A stretch of 64,000 nucleotides of DNA from an uncultured Gemmatimonadaceae bacterium (GTDB taxonomy: Bacteria > Gemmatimonadota > Gemmatimonadetes > Gemmatimonadales > Gemmatimonadaceae). The position numbers were made by a program, and so were the translations under genes. The stretch lies in contig CAWAGQ010000002.1 in NCBI GenBank assembly GCA_963781585.1, positions 160,001 through 224,000 of the forward strand. Reading direction: 5' to 3'. The notes beneath the pieces are model-generated. The model was not told the origin of the DNA. It did no database searches and saw only the letters and a program-made list of their open reading frames with translations. How positions within the stretch are numbered: position 1 is the first letter of the stretch; each line of letters begins with the position of its first letter. Below, piece after piece: positions 53,018 to 62,682 of the stretch.

Positions 53018-54325
53018 ATGTTCACCACGCCACGTTTGCTGCGGGCGCGTGTCAACGCGCCATTCCTTTTCCTCGCCATCCTCGCGGTACCGCTCGCGGC
53101 CCAGGGGCGCTACTTCCCGCCGCGAGGGGAGTGGGAGAAGCGCACCGCCGCGCAGGTCGGTCTGAACGCGAGCGGCGTGGACTCCGCGGTTGCCATCGCA
53201 CTCCGCAGCGAGTCGACGGCGTCGCGCGACCAGCTCGAGATGCAGCGCGGATCGTTCGGCCGGGAACCGCACGGCGAAGGGATCGGCCCGTTCAAGCCGC
53301 GCGGCGGCCCCGCGGGATTGATCGTGCGACACGGATACATCGTGGCCGAGTGGGGCGATCCCGACCGCGTCGACCTCACGCACAGCGTCACGAAGAGCTT
53401 CCTGTCCACGACCGTCGGGCTGGCCTACGACCGGAAGATGATCCGTGACGTGCACGACCCCGTGCGCCAGTACATGACGCCGATCGTGGCGCTCAAGGGT
53501 CCGCCGGGGAGGAGTGCCTCGCTGGTACCGATCCCGCCCGATGTGATGGGTGCCAATGTGAGCGACAGCGCCGCGCCGCCGCCGCCCGCCGGTGTGGCCT
53601 TCGACGCGTTCGAGGTGCTCGAGCCGTTCGAGTCCGAGCACAACAGGAAGATCACCTGGGACGAGATGCTGCGGCAGACGAGTGAGTGGCAGGGAACGCT
53701 CTGGGGGAAGCCGGACTGGGCGGATCGTCCGCGCGGCGACATCGAGCAATGGAAGCGGCGGGAGCGCCCCGAGCCCGGCACCGTGTACACGTACAACGAC
53801 GTGCGCGTGAATCTGCTGGCGCTCGCGGCGCTCACGGTGTGGCGCCGTCCGCTGCCGCAGATACTGCGCGACTCGGTGATGGATCCGATCGGCGCGTCGA
53901 ACACCTGGCGCTGGTACGGATACGACAACTCCTGGATCGTGCTCGACGGCCAGCTCGTCCAGTCGGTGACCGGGGGCGGGCACTGGGGCGGCGGCATGTG
54001 GATCAGTGCCCGCGACATGGCGCGTTTCGGCTACCTCACGCTCAACAGGGGGCGGTGGGGGAACCGGCAGATCCTGTCCGAGGCGTGGATCCGGATGGCG
54101 ACGACGCCCGGCGTGAACACGGGATACGGTTTCTGCAACTACTTCCTGAACACCGGCCGGCGGGCGCTGCCGAGTGCTCCGGAACAGGCGTTCTACCACC
54201 TGGGCAACGGGAACAACGTCATCTACGTCGATCCGGTGAATGATCTGGTCATCGTGGCGCGCTGGATCAACAGCACGCGCTCGCTGGACGCGATGATCAG
54301 GGCGGTGCTGGCCAGCGCGCGTTAG
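53018..54325 (+). CDS. Exported serine hydrolase (beta-lactamase-related)
   Basis: HSVTKS, YTYND, GGGHWGGG. Confidence 0.85.
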   Translation: MFTTPRLLRARVNAPFLFLAILAVPLAAQGRYFPPRGEWEKRTAAQVGLNASGVDSAVAIALRSESTASRDQLEMQRGSFGREPHGEGIGPFKPRGGPAGLIVRHGYIVAEWGDPDRVDLTHSVTKSFLSTTVGLAYDRKMIRDVHDPVRQYMTPIVALKGPPGRSASLVPIPPDVMGANVSDSAAPPPPAGVAFDAFEVLEPFESEHNRKITWDEMLRQTSEWQGTLWGKPDWADRPRGDIEQWKRRERPEPGTVYTYNDVRVNLLALAALTVWRRPLPQILRDSVMDPIGASNTWRWYGYDNSWIVLDGQLVQSVTGGGHWGGGMWISARDMARFGYLTLNRGRWGNRQILSEAWIRMATTPGVNTGYGFCNYFLNTGRRALPSAPEQAFYHLGNGNNVIYVDPVNDLVIVARWINSTRSLDAMIRAVLASAR

Positions 54326-54440
54326 GCGGCGCGGCTGTGACGCCGCGCACGTTCCGGTGCACGGCTGACTCCGACTGCGACCCGGCGCACGACTGCCGGG
54401 GTATCACCCGCGCCAGACATACGCAAACCCAGGAGGTCAC

Positions 54441-55082
54441 ATGCGTAAGGCAATCCCGGCTGCGATCATCGGCGGCCTGATGTTTGTGGCGTGCGCGCGT
54501 CAGGCGCGTATCGAGTCCGGCGGCGACGTCGATCTCAGCGCCACGCCTCTGGACGCCCGCATCCTGCCGAGCGGGATAGCGGTCGACGTGCGCCTCGACC
54601 GGGAAATCGGCACCAAGGCCAGCCGTGTGGGCGATCAGTTCAGCGCGACGGTCGAGCACGCCGTGGTGGCGCAGAACGGGGCGACCGTGGTCCCCGAGGG
54701 CGCCAAGGTCTACGGCACGGTAACCGGGCTCGATAATTCCGAGCACGTCGGCGACCCGGCGGCCATCCGCATCGATTTCGACCGACTCAACATGCGGGGG
54801 CAGAACTATCCGTTCTCCGCGAAAGTCACGGCCACCAATCTGGAAACGCGCGGCGCGGACACGCGGAGCGAGACGCTGAAGAAGGCGGGTGTCGGGGCCG
54901 CTGCGGGCGCCGTGCTCGGCGCCGTCCTCGGCGGCGGTGATCTCGACAAGATCCTGCTCGGCGGCGCGATCGGAGCGGCCGCCGGTACCGTCATTTCGTT
55001 AGGCACCGGTGAAGTGGAGGGTGTGCTCCCGGCCGGAACCGACATGACGCTGCAGACCACGCAGACCGTGGTCCTTCGGTAA
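54441..55082 (+). CDS. Lipoprotein with TrbI/VirB10-like beta domain and glycine zipper
   Basis: GGAGG RBS; lipobox FVAC; GAAAGAVLGAVLGG. Confidence 0.7.
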   Translation: MRKAIPAAIIGGLMFVACARQARIESGGDVDLSATPLDARILPSGIAVDVRLDREIGTKASRVGDQFSATVEHAVVAQNGATVVPEGAKVYGTVTGLDNSEHVGDPAAIRIDFDRLNMRGQNYPFSAKVTATNLETRGADTRSETLKKAGVGAAAGAVLGAVLGGGDLDKILLGGAIGAAAGTVISLGTGEVEGVLPAGTDMTLQTTQTVVLR

Positions 55083-55210
55083 GACCGGACCCTGGTCCGT
55101 CAGGCGGGCGCCGCCGGCCGGGCTTCATGCGGCCGGCGGCGCTTCGTCTTGGCGGACGACCGAGGGCTCGGCCGCGTCGCCGAATCCAGTACGGAGGCTC
55201 AGGGAATCGC

Positions 55211-55272
55211 TGACAAGTACACCAGGCATATTGCCAAGTATACTTGACATCGCACTGGGTGCCTGCTAGCCT
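55211..55272 (+). promoter_or_regulatory. Tandem XRE operators overlapping a sigma70 promoter
   Basis: TGACAAGTACACCAGGCA (55211) and TGCCAAGTATACTTGACA (55232), 21 bp apart; TTGACA-N17-TAGCCT with extended TG. Confidence 0.75.
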
Positions 55273-55320
55273 TCCCGTGCAGTTCAGCAATCAGCGATCT
55301 GGCCTACCGGAGGACTCACC

Positions 55321-55539
55321 ATCACCACGCCGCGCCTCGAGAACCGACTGAAGGTCGCACGCGCCGAGCGCGGGCTGTCGCAGACCGACCTCGCCCGACT
55401 TGCTCACGTGACGCGGCAGACGATCAGCTCAATAGAGACAGGCCAGTACATCCCATCCGCGCTGCTTGCGTTCATCCTCGCCAGGCGGCTGGGACAGCGC
55501 GTCGACGAGCTGTTTACCCTGCAAGGAGACGATCCATGA
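55321..55539 (+). CDS. XRE-family HTH regulator (apparent ATC start; not in ORF track)
   Basis: LENRLKVARAERGLSQTDLA..VTRQTISSIETGQYIPS..LAF; GGAGG 7 nt before ATC; ATGA coupling to the next gene. Confidence 0.85.
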   Translation: MTTPRLENRLKVARAERGLSQTDLARLAHVTRQTISSIETGQYIPSALLAFILARRLGQRVDELFTLQGDDP

Positions 55540-55829
55540 AAGACGAAGACGTCGTGCGCGATGAACGCACCGTCGCCACCGAGAACATGAGCTATCGCTG
55601 GGCCTACCTCATTCTGAGCTACGGACTGCTGCTCTCCACGGCGTATCGCGCGTTCGTGACGAAAGAGGCGGCGTGGGACCTTCTCGGCCTGGTGATTCTC
55701 GGCGGCGTCGTCAGCTCTTCCTATCAGGCGACGCATCGCGTTCTCAGCAAGCGGTGGGTGCGCGGCAATCTCCTGACCATGGCCGCTGCCGCGGTGATCG
55801 CGGTGCTGATGGTGCTCGCGCTGCGCTGA
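55536..55829 (+). CDS. Small 3-TM membrane protein
   Basis: RDER motif then three TMs; typical partner of this XRE class. Confidence 0.75.
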   Translation: MKDEDVVRDERTVATENMSYRWAYLILSYGLLLSTAYRAFVTKEAAWDLLGLVILGGVVSSSYQATHRVLSKRWVRGNLLTMAAAAVIAVLMVLALR

Positions 55830-55940
55830 CTCGATTTCTGAACAAGCTCTGCCCGCGGTGACGCCCGTACTGGCGCGGCTGCGGACCGTGCGGCACGCGG
55901 GAGCTCCGACCTCGAGACCCGACGGTCATGGCGAGTCGCT

Positions 55941-56477
55941 CTATCTGTACGCCGCGATGGTCCCGTCGGCGAATTCGTCCACACACTTCTGGGCCGCGCG
56001 GTCGATGACCCGCGCCGACGGGACGTCCATGGCATAGGGGCCCACGCGCACGGTAGAGGTGTGCAGGCTGCGCGCCGGCGCCACCGCAGACGCTGTGAGC
56101 GTGCCGCTCACCGTCTGTCGCCCGCCGGCAACGGCGAGCGTCATACGCACGATCACCCTGATGCAATCGCCGGAATCTCCGCGACGGGTTCCGAAGCAAG
56201 CGCCGTACGCGTTGTCGGATCCAAGGTTCGCTGTATCGCGCGCCGAAAAGTCGTCCACCGTCGTGGCGCCGCGATCGCGAAACGCCGCGATCAGCGTGGC
56301 TGCCGTGGCGTCCCGCGCCCCTTCGAGGTCGCCGTGAGGAAGCGACGTGCCGGTTGCCGTCAGCTGAACGACGACGGCGATGGGAGGGAGCGCCACCGAA
56401 TGGACGGCGGCACGCGCCGTCCACGACAGCGCCGCGGTGATCAGCACCACGCCCGTGGCAGGGTAGAACAACTGCAT
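55941..56477 (-). CDS. Hypothetical exported protein
   Basis: Signal-like N-terminus; co-oriented with the upstream genes. Confidence 0.5.
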   Translation of the reverse strand: MQLFYPATGVVLITAALSWTARAAVHSVALPPIAVVVQLTATGTSLPHGDLEGARDATAATLIAAFRDRGATTVDDFSARDTANLGSDNAYGACFGTRRGDSGDCIRVIVRMTLAVAGGRQTVSGTLTASAVAPARSLHTSTVRVGPYAMDVPSARVIDRAAQKCVDEFADGTIAAYR

Positions 56478-56494
56478 GTCACCCGAACGAGCCG

Positions 56495-57217
56495 CTACGG
56501 TTTCTTCCGCGCCGCCGTCAGGATCGCTCCGTATGCGTCCTGCAAAAACGTCGTCAGGGGCTCCTTGAGCGTCTCAATTGCCTTCTGTACCGCGTCGCCC
56601 TCGGTCCGGGCCAGTGGGTCGATCTCTGAACCGCTCTTGACGTTCTTGCGGACACCCTTGTCGATGGCGTCGGTCGCCGCTTCCTGAATCGATTTGGGAA
56701 GAAGTGCCATGACGCCGGTTTTCTTCGCGGCGTCCGATCCTGGCGTCTTGTTCCGCAGTGTGAACAGTCCCGTCTTTATCAGCTCGCCCGTTGCCGTGTT
56801 CACGAGCTTGATCCGTACACCCAGGTCGGCTATGTAGCTGATGTCCGAGCGCGTCTTCCCCACGCGGGTGACGGTCTCCGATTCAATGACACCAAGCAGC
56901 AGCACGGTGCTGTTGAGACGTGACGTGCTCTCCAGGGAGACGCGGCTGTCGAAGTTGCGATAGCTCTGCGCGCGCTGCATCTCCTGCTCGATCGCGGGAT
57001 CCGTGCTGCGATCGAGAATGGAGTACAGGTCGGCTTCCTGCGCGAACTGCACGACGTCCTGCCCCAACTGAAGGGCAGTCTGTCGCGAATACGGGCCCGG
57101 TGTAAGCACGCCGAACGGCAGGACGGCCAAGGTGACCTCGGCGCCCTGTGTCAGGGCCGGTTGCGCGGCGGTGAGGGAAAGGCCGGCGACCATGAAGAGC
57201 GCGTTCCGAGTACACAT
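56495..57217 (-). CDS. Exported CsgG/LpoB-like protein
   Basis: TLAVLPF, YSILDRS...IEQEM, VRIKLVNTATGELI. Confidence 0.6.
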   Translation of the reverse strand: MCTRNALFMVAGLSLTAAQPALTQGAEVTLAVLPFGVLTPGPYSRQTALQLGQDVVQFAQEADLYSILDRSTDPAIEQEMQRAQSYRNFDSRVSLESTSRLNSTVLLLGVIESETVTRVGKTRSDISYIADLGVRIKLVNTATGELIKTGLFTLRNKTPGSDAAKKTGVMALLPKSIQEAATDAIDKGVRKNVKSGSEIDPLARTEGDAVQKAIETLKEPLTTFLQDAYGAILTAARKKP

Positions 57218-57330
57218 CCGTCTTCTCCCGCTCAGATTAAGCGGGCTTAACATAGCTCTGCTCGCCTGGTGCCGCAATACGCGCAAGTGACGGAGCTTGG
57301 TGACGGCTCGCTATCAGGGCGTCCACTTCT

Positions 57331-59199
57331 TCATGGAACAGCGTGCCACCAATCGATGTCCGCGCGCGCCGAGAGGGGATGGGAGCAATCCGTGTGCACG
57401 CCGTACCGGCACGCCAGCGCGAAGAGTCGGGATGCTTCGCGCGCGTCGCGCTTGACGCCAAGGCCGATCTCGTGCAGACGTCCCAGCAGGAAACACCCCT
57501 CGCCGGAGTGCGCGTTGCAGCTGCGCTCGGCAAGTTCCCGCGCGCGCGGAAAGTCCGGGTTCGCGCCCAGCCCGAACGACAACTGCTGCGCCAGCAGATT
57601 GCACCCCACGGGATCGTAGAGGGCGCAGGCCGCTTCGGCCAGGCGGCCCGCGAGTGTTTGCTCAGCGGGTGAGCGGTTCCGCTCCACGTAGAGGCGCGCG
57701 AGGAAGGCGCACGAGGTCGCGTCGCCACTGCGGCAGCCGGTGTCGAGATAGGTCTGGCCGGCCGGAGCGAGCCGGGTGCCCGACGTGCCCGGACTCGCGA
57801 TGGCGGCGTAGGGACAGGCGGCGGGAACGCCGCCGGTGCAGCCGTTACCAAGGGCCGACAGCAGTTCGCCCGGGCTGCCGCCGTGGCCCTGCGACAGCCA
57901 CAGACGGGCCAGTCCAGCGCACGCGTTAGGCTCGGCGTGGTCGCAGGCCTTCCGGAGCCGTGCCGTCCCGTCGGCGCTCCGCGCCGGGTCGCGGGCATCC
58001 AGCAGCGCGCCTTCCGCACACGACGCCGCATCTCCCGCGTCGCAGCCGTGCGCCAGCAGATCGCGCGCCGTGGCGTCGTCCCGCGGGACGCCGTGAGCCG
58101 CGAGCACGCGGATGCCCGCCGCGTAGCAGTCGCCGGGCGCGCCGGCACGGCACGTACCGGACAGCGCGTCGAACCCTCGCGAATCGACCGCCGCGACCAG
58201 GACGTCCGGTGCCGCCGCAACGCTCTCCGCCAGAGTGTGTGACGCGCCGGCTCCGCGCGAACGCGTGTCAGGGACGGCGGCCGGTGGGGTGCCCGCGTCC
58301 CGGACCGGGCCGCCTGGCGGGGATGCCGGGGCGGTCCCGGATCCAGCGCCGCCGGGATTCGCCCAGGCTCTCGCCGCCGCGGCACCCGCGTCGCGCAGCG
58401 GGAACAGAAACTCCCCCCCCTCGTCCTCGGTGTCGAAAATCGTCCCGTACTCCGGTGTCACAGGACTGTTGTTCATGACCGCTGTGCGGAGACTGGTAAA
58501 CAGCTCCGACGCGGGGAGGAGCGCCGCCCGATTCTCATCGAGTCGCTTGATCAGGTATTCGAGAAAGCGGCTGTTGTCCGGCACGGTCTCCTTGGCCCCG
58601 CTGGTCATGGCTTTTCGGCTCCGGAGAGCGTACAGCCGTGACATGGCCGGCGCATTCGCGAAGTCCGCTCCGCGCGTCTTGAAGATCCCACCCGAGAAGC
58701 ACGCGTCGGTGATCAACAGGGTGTGCTGCGTCTTGATGCGTCTGATCAGGTCACGGATATCGGCGTTGGAGATCCAGCGGGCCGGGTTCGCGCGCCTGGC
58801 ATCCGCCGGGAGCCAGTAGCCTTGCTGAGTCTTCTCATCCCAGTGTCCGTGTCCGGCAAAGAAGATCAGGAGGTTGTCGTCAGGGCCCAGTCGCTCCGAG
58901 AGCGCGTACAGACTGGCCTCGATGCTGTCGCGTGTCGGATTGTCCAGGACGGCGATGTCCCGTGACTCGAACTGGTAGCGCTGGATCAACACGTCGCGCA
59001 GTCGCCCGGCGTCACGTACCGGATTGTCCAGCCGCGGCAGCGCCGGATCGGCATAGTTCTCGACCGCGATCAGCAGCGCGTGGTACGCGCCCAGCCGTGT
59101 TGCCCCGCGGTTCTGCTGCACCTCGACCCCTCGGGTGTTCTGGGCCGCAAGGTGCGCGCCGAGCAGGAGCAGCAACGCCGGGTAGCGGGCGATCGTCAT
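57331..59199 (-). CDS. Exported caspase-family (C14) protease with C-terminal Sel1-like repeats
   Basis: Signal peptide; ALLIAVENY, FFAGHG, ITDACFSG; Cys-paired Sel1 repeats (ACALYDPVGCNLLA, GCFLLGRLHEIGLGV). Confidence 0.88.
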   Translation of the reverse strand: MTIARYPALLLLLGAHLAAQNTRGVEVQQNRGATRLGAYHALLIAVENYADPALPRLDNPVRDAGRLRDVLIQRYQFESRDIAVLDNPTRDSIEASLYALSERLGPDDNLLIFFAGHGHWDEKTQQGYWLPADARRANPARWISNADIRDLIRRIKTQHTLLITDACFSGGIFKTRGADFANAPAMSRLYALRSRKAMTSGAKETVPDNSRFLEYLIKRLDENRAALLPASELFTSLRTAVMNNSPVTPEYGTIFDTEDEGGEFLFPLRDAGAAAARAWANPGGAGSGTAPASPPGGPVRDAGTPPAAVPDTRSRGAGASHTLAESVAAAPDVLVAAVDSRGFDALSGTCRAGAPGDCYAAGIRVLAAHGVPRDDATARDLLAHGCDAGDAASCAEGALLDARDPARSADGTARLRKACDHAEPNACAGLARLWLSQGHGGSPGELLSALGNGCTGGVPAACPYAAIASPGTSGTRLAPAGQTYLDTGCRSGDATSCAFLARLYVERNRSPAEQTLAGRLAEAACALYDPVGCNLLAQQLSFGLGANPDFPRARELAERSCNAHSGEGCFLLGRLHEIGLGVKRDAREASRLFALACRYGVHTDCSHPLSARADIDWWHAVP

Positions 59200-59366
59200 C
59201 GCGCCCCGCAGTGGAGCGTTCGGCGGATCGCAACTCTGGAGCACCATCGACGGGCAGCACCAGACAAAGCGCACGACATGCCCTATCCCCCGCAGAATCA
59301 AGTGGTGGTGAAGGCAGTCTAGGGATCACCGGGATGCTCGGCAAGGCGAGGCCGATGACAGGAGAC

Positions 59367-59400
59367 GGGCAGAGGGCCCAGGGCCCAGGGCGAAAGGCCA
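59367..59400 (+). repeat. Heptamer tandem repeat (GGGCCCA variant)
   Basis: GGGCAGA GGGCCCA GGGCCCA GGGCGAA AGGCCA. Confidence 0.6.
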
Positions 59401-59565
59401 TGCCACTTGACGTGCTGGGGGATCAGTTTCACCGTTTCTCCCATTCCGTGATTCCCGGCCCCGTCCGGTTTTCGCGGAGCGCGAACCGGTCGATGCGTCG
59501 GTGCCGCAACCGAAGCGTCGATGCGGCGCCGAGGGTCGCGCGGCCGCCCGCAGCGAGCGATGGTC

Positions 59566-60423
59566 ATGCCTATCCAACACGAGGTTCCGGGAACACCGCG
59601 GGCACGACGTATCGCGTGCGCCGCGGCGGTGGCGGTGACCGTTCTGCTGCCGATGACAATTCCCGCGCAGGGATCCGTGGCCTACGTGCTCGTGGCACGC
59701 GGGGCGTGGTTCGCGGGAAGCAAGCCGGGGGAACGCTTGACTGCTGGCGTGGCGCTCTTCGCGGGCGACACGATACACTCGGCGCCACAGTCCGAGGTGG
59801 GGGACCACATCACCGTCGTCCTGCGCGCCGGGGATGCCATCACCCTCGAGTGCACGGCGATGGGCGAACGAGGCTGCGATGAGTCCACCGTGATCCCGGA
59901 GGCGCGTGGTTCGACGGTTTTCGGGCGCTTCGTCGACAAGGTGATGGAGGGGCTACGTGGCGAGCCGACACGATATGCCTCGCTGGTAAGTCGCGGAGCG
60001 CCCGGGCCCGCCGATGCGGTGCTCCGGACCCGCGGCGATGAGCTGGAGGTCGCCCCGGCGCTCGTACCGCTCAATTCCGACGAGTACGGACTGTGCCTGA
60101 TGCGGCCGGTTCCAGCGAGTGCGACGGCCGCTGCGGGTTGTGCGCTCGAGGCGCGCTATCATTGGAACGCCGATCGGGCAACGGTCGCACGGTTGCCCGG
60201 ACTGACGCCGGGGCTGTACCAGCTGGCCGTGCGCTCGGCGGACGGCGCGTCCGTTGGAGCGCCGGCGTGGGTCGTAGTGACCGACAGCGTGCATTTCCCG
60301 CAGATCCACGCCGCATTCGACAGTGCCCGTGCGCTGACCCTGCGGTGGGGCGATCAGGTTCCGCCCGGCGACATCAGGACGTTCCTGCGGTCCGCGCTCG
60401 ACGCGCTGGCGCAGAGGCGCTGA
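59566..60423 (+). CDS. Hypothetical exported protein (position reminiscent of DUF928 partners of CHASE2)
   Basis: Signal peptide; Cys pairs; central SRG; directly upstream of the CHASE2 gene. Confidence 0.55.
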   Translation: MPIQHEVPGTPRARRIACAAAVAVTVLLPMTIPAQGSVAYVLVARGAWFAGSKPGERLTAGVALFAGDTIHSAPQSEVGDHITVVLRAGDAITLECTAMGERGCDESTVIPEARGSTVFGRFVDKVMEGLRGEPTRYASLVSRGAPGPADAVLRTRGDELEVAPALVPLNSDEYGLCLMRPVPASATAAAGCALEARYHWNADRATVARLPGLTPGLYQLAVRSADGASVGAPAWVVVTDSVHFPQIHAAFDSARALTLRWGDQVPPGDIRTFLRSALDALAQRR

Positions 60424-60434
60424 GGCGGCCGCAC

Positions 60435-61905
60435 GTGCCCGGCCACCGCGTGCCAGCGAGCGAAGAAGAGCGACCTGGTGATGGCGTCGCCGCTTCGCCG
60501 CGCAAGCGCGTACGAAGGGGGGTGCTGGCGATCGTCGGCGCGGTGCTGTTCTTCCTGCTGGCGGGTCGTCTCGAGGAGTTCTACGGCCTCGAGGCCGCGG
60601 CACGCGACTGGCAAGCGTCGCTGCGCGGGAGTGCACTGGACAGCAGTGTGGTCCTGGTGATGATCAACGACAACGACTATCGCAGGTACTTCGGCGGTCA
60701 GAGTCCGCTCGAGGTGCACGCTCTGGACAGGCTGCTGCGGGCGATCGCCGCCGGGAAGCCGAGGGTGATCGGCGTGGACCTCGAGACATCGCATCCCGGC
60801 TTTGCCAGCCATGCAGCTGCCTGACGACTCGCCACCGATCATCTGGGCGCAGGAGGCACTGCGGTGCGACGAGGCGGCGGGCGTCGAAGGGTCTGCCGCA
60901 GGTGTCGACTCCGTCGGGGCGACGAAGCCGGAGGCACCGCCGGGTTCCTGCGGCGCGGACGAGTTGGTGCCGCAGCCCGTGCTTGGCGGTCGCGAGGCCG
61001 CGGTACGCGCCGGATTGGTCGCGAACGTCCTGGACCGGAAAGGCACCATCCGGCTCTACAGCCGCTTCCTCCGCACTACGAACGGAACCCGGCCCTCGTT
61101 CGCGTATCTCGTGGGCGTGGCCGGTGCTCCCGATGCGCGATTGGGTCCGGTCACGAGCTCTGATTCGACGGCATTGCGCTTTATCTCATTCCATCGTGAC
61201 GCCGCGTGGAAGGTCAACGTGGAGCAGATCCTCACCATGGCAGCCGAGTCGGGAACCGGATACACCGGAGCACGGGGGGTCCTGCATGACAGGATCGTGC
61301 TGCTCGGTGGGAGTTACCGCGCCGGACGCGACGAACACCACACCCCCGTGGGGATGCTGGCCGGGGTGACAATCCAGGCGCAGGCCGTGGAGACCGTGCT
61401 CGACGGGGGCGGCGATCCGTCGCCCTCGCTGGTGCGCATCGCGGTGCTGCAGTTCCTGGCGGGCGCGACCGTCGTGGTCCTGTTCCTGCGCTTCTCGCCC
61501 GCCGGCGCCATGCTGCTGACACTCTTCGCGTTCCCCGCGGTCGCCGTGTTGGGCAGTCTGGTGCTCACGAGTTCGGCGGTCGCGGGTCTGCCATATTTCG
61601 CTCCCCTGCTGATCTTCATGATCATCCAGCAGCTCTACGATCAGGCGAGTCTGTACCGCGATACGCTCATCGAGGAGTTCTACCGGCAGGCGCGGGGCGC
61701 GGCGCGCGGGGAGGATGCCGCCCAGGCACTGCTCGACGGCGTCGAGGCGCGGGTGGAGCGACTCGAGACCGGGGTTGGCAGGCTCGCGTCGAGGGTTCTG
61801 CGGAGAATGAGACCCCGTCATGACGGCGATGAGACCGCGGCGGGGCAGAGCGGAGCCAGGCCGGCGCAAGGGGAAGCGCCGGCGGGAGAACGCCCGGACA
61901 CTTGA
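60435..61905 (+). CDS. CHASE2 domain membrane protein with no cytoplasmic output domain (frameshift near 60808)
   Basis: VVLVMIND..PRVIGVDL in ORF 60093; DRIVLLG..DEHHTPVG.LAGVTIQAQAVETVL plus 3 TMs in ORF 60802. Confidence 0.8.
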
Positions 61906-61984
61906 CACCTCTCCCGGGTGCGCCATTCTTGTCTGCCGCAGGCAGTGTCTCCCGCAACCCGTCGATACTCGTGAGGCAATCATC

Positions 61985-62449
61985 ATGTCGCTGAAGCAGA
62001 CCACTCTGGCGTTCTGTGCGGGAGTCGCACTCACTCTTGCGGCGTCGCGAACGGTTCACGCGCAACAACCGACCGCGAAGGACACGGTCGATACGCATGC
62101 CGCGATGAGCCGGGGCGCGGCGACCACCGATCCGAACGTGAAGCACGATTCGGTGACCAACGTCCGGACGGCATCACCGGATGCACCGCCGGCCAAGGGG
62201 GGCGCCAAGCCTCGCGGCATGTCACCGGGACAGCTCCACGTGGACAATCGCACCCAGTGGGTCATCTTCATCTACGTGGACGGGGATCGCGTCGGCTCGG
62301 TCTCGCGATACGGTGATGCGTACGGCTACTACTCGTGCGGTCCTCACGTGCTCTATGCGCGCGCGTTCTTCGACGATGGGTCGGTGCGCACCTGGGGTCC
62401 CGTGACCGCGGCGGTGTGCGGGACGTACACCTGGCGGCTCTGGAACTGA
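61985..62449 (+). CDS. Small exported protein with disordered linker and C-terminal beta domain
   Basis: Signal peptide ending VHA; VDNRTQWVIFIYVDG..GPHVLYARA..YTWRL. Confidence 0.7.
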   Translation: MSLKQTTLAFCAGVALTLAASRTVHAQQPTAKDTVDTHAAMSRGAATTDPNVKHDSVTNVRTASPDAPPAKGGAKPRGMSPGQLHVDNRTQWVIFIYVDGDRVGSVSRYGDAYGYYSCGPHVLYARAFFDDGSVRTWGPVTAAVCGTYTWRLWN

Positions 62450-62582
62450 CGTCGCTGCTCACGCCGCGCCCGCTCTTTTTTCTCATGCGTCCCACAGCCA
62501 GAACAACAGTTCACGAAGACCCTGAACACACTGACGCCCGAATACTGTTACTCCGCTGACTCCCGATTCCTGTCACTTCGCC

Positions 62583-62623
62583 CATCAGTTCTCAGCTATC
62601 AGTTGCAGTCATCAGGTGTCAGT
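62583..62623 (-). repeat. Heptamer tandem repeat (RCTGATN family, minus strand)
   Basis: CATCAGT TCTCAGC TATCAGT TGCAGT CATCAGG TGTCAGT. Confidence 0.55.
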
Positions 62624-62682
62624 GGCCTTTTTATCAGACAGCGAACGCATCGCCTGCCGAATCAATGCCTGCCCGTGACTGC

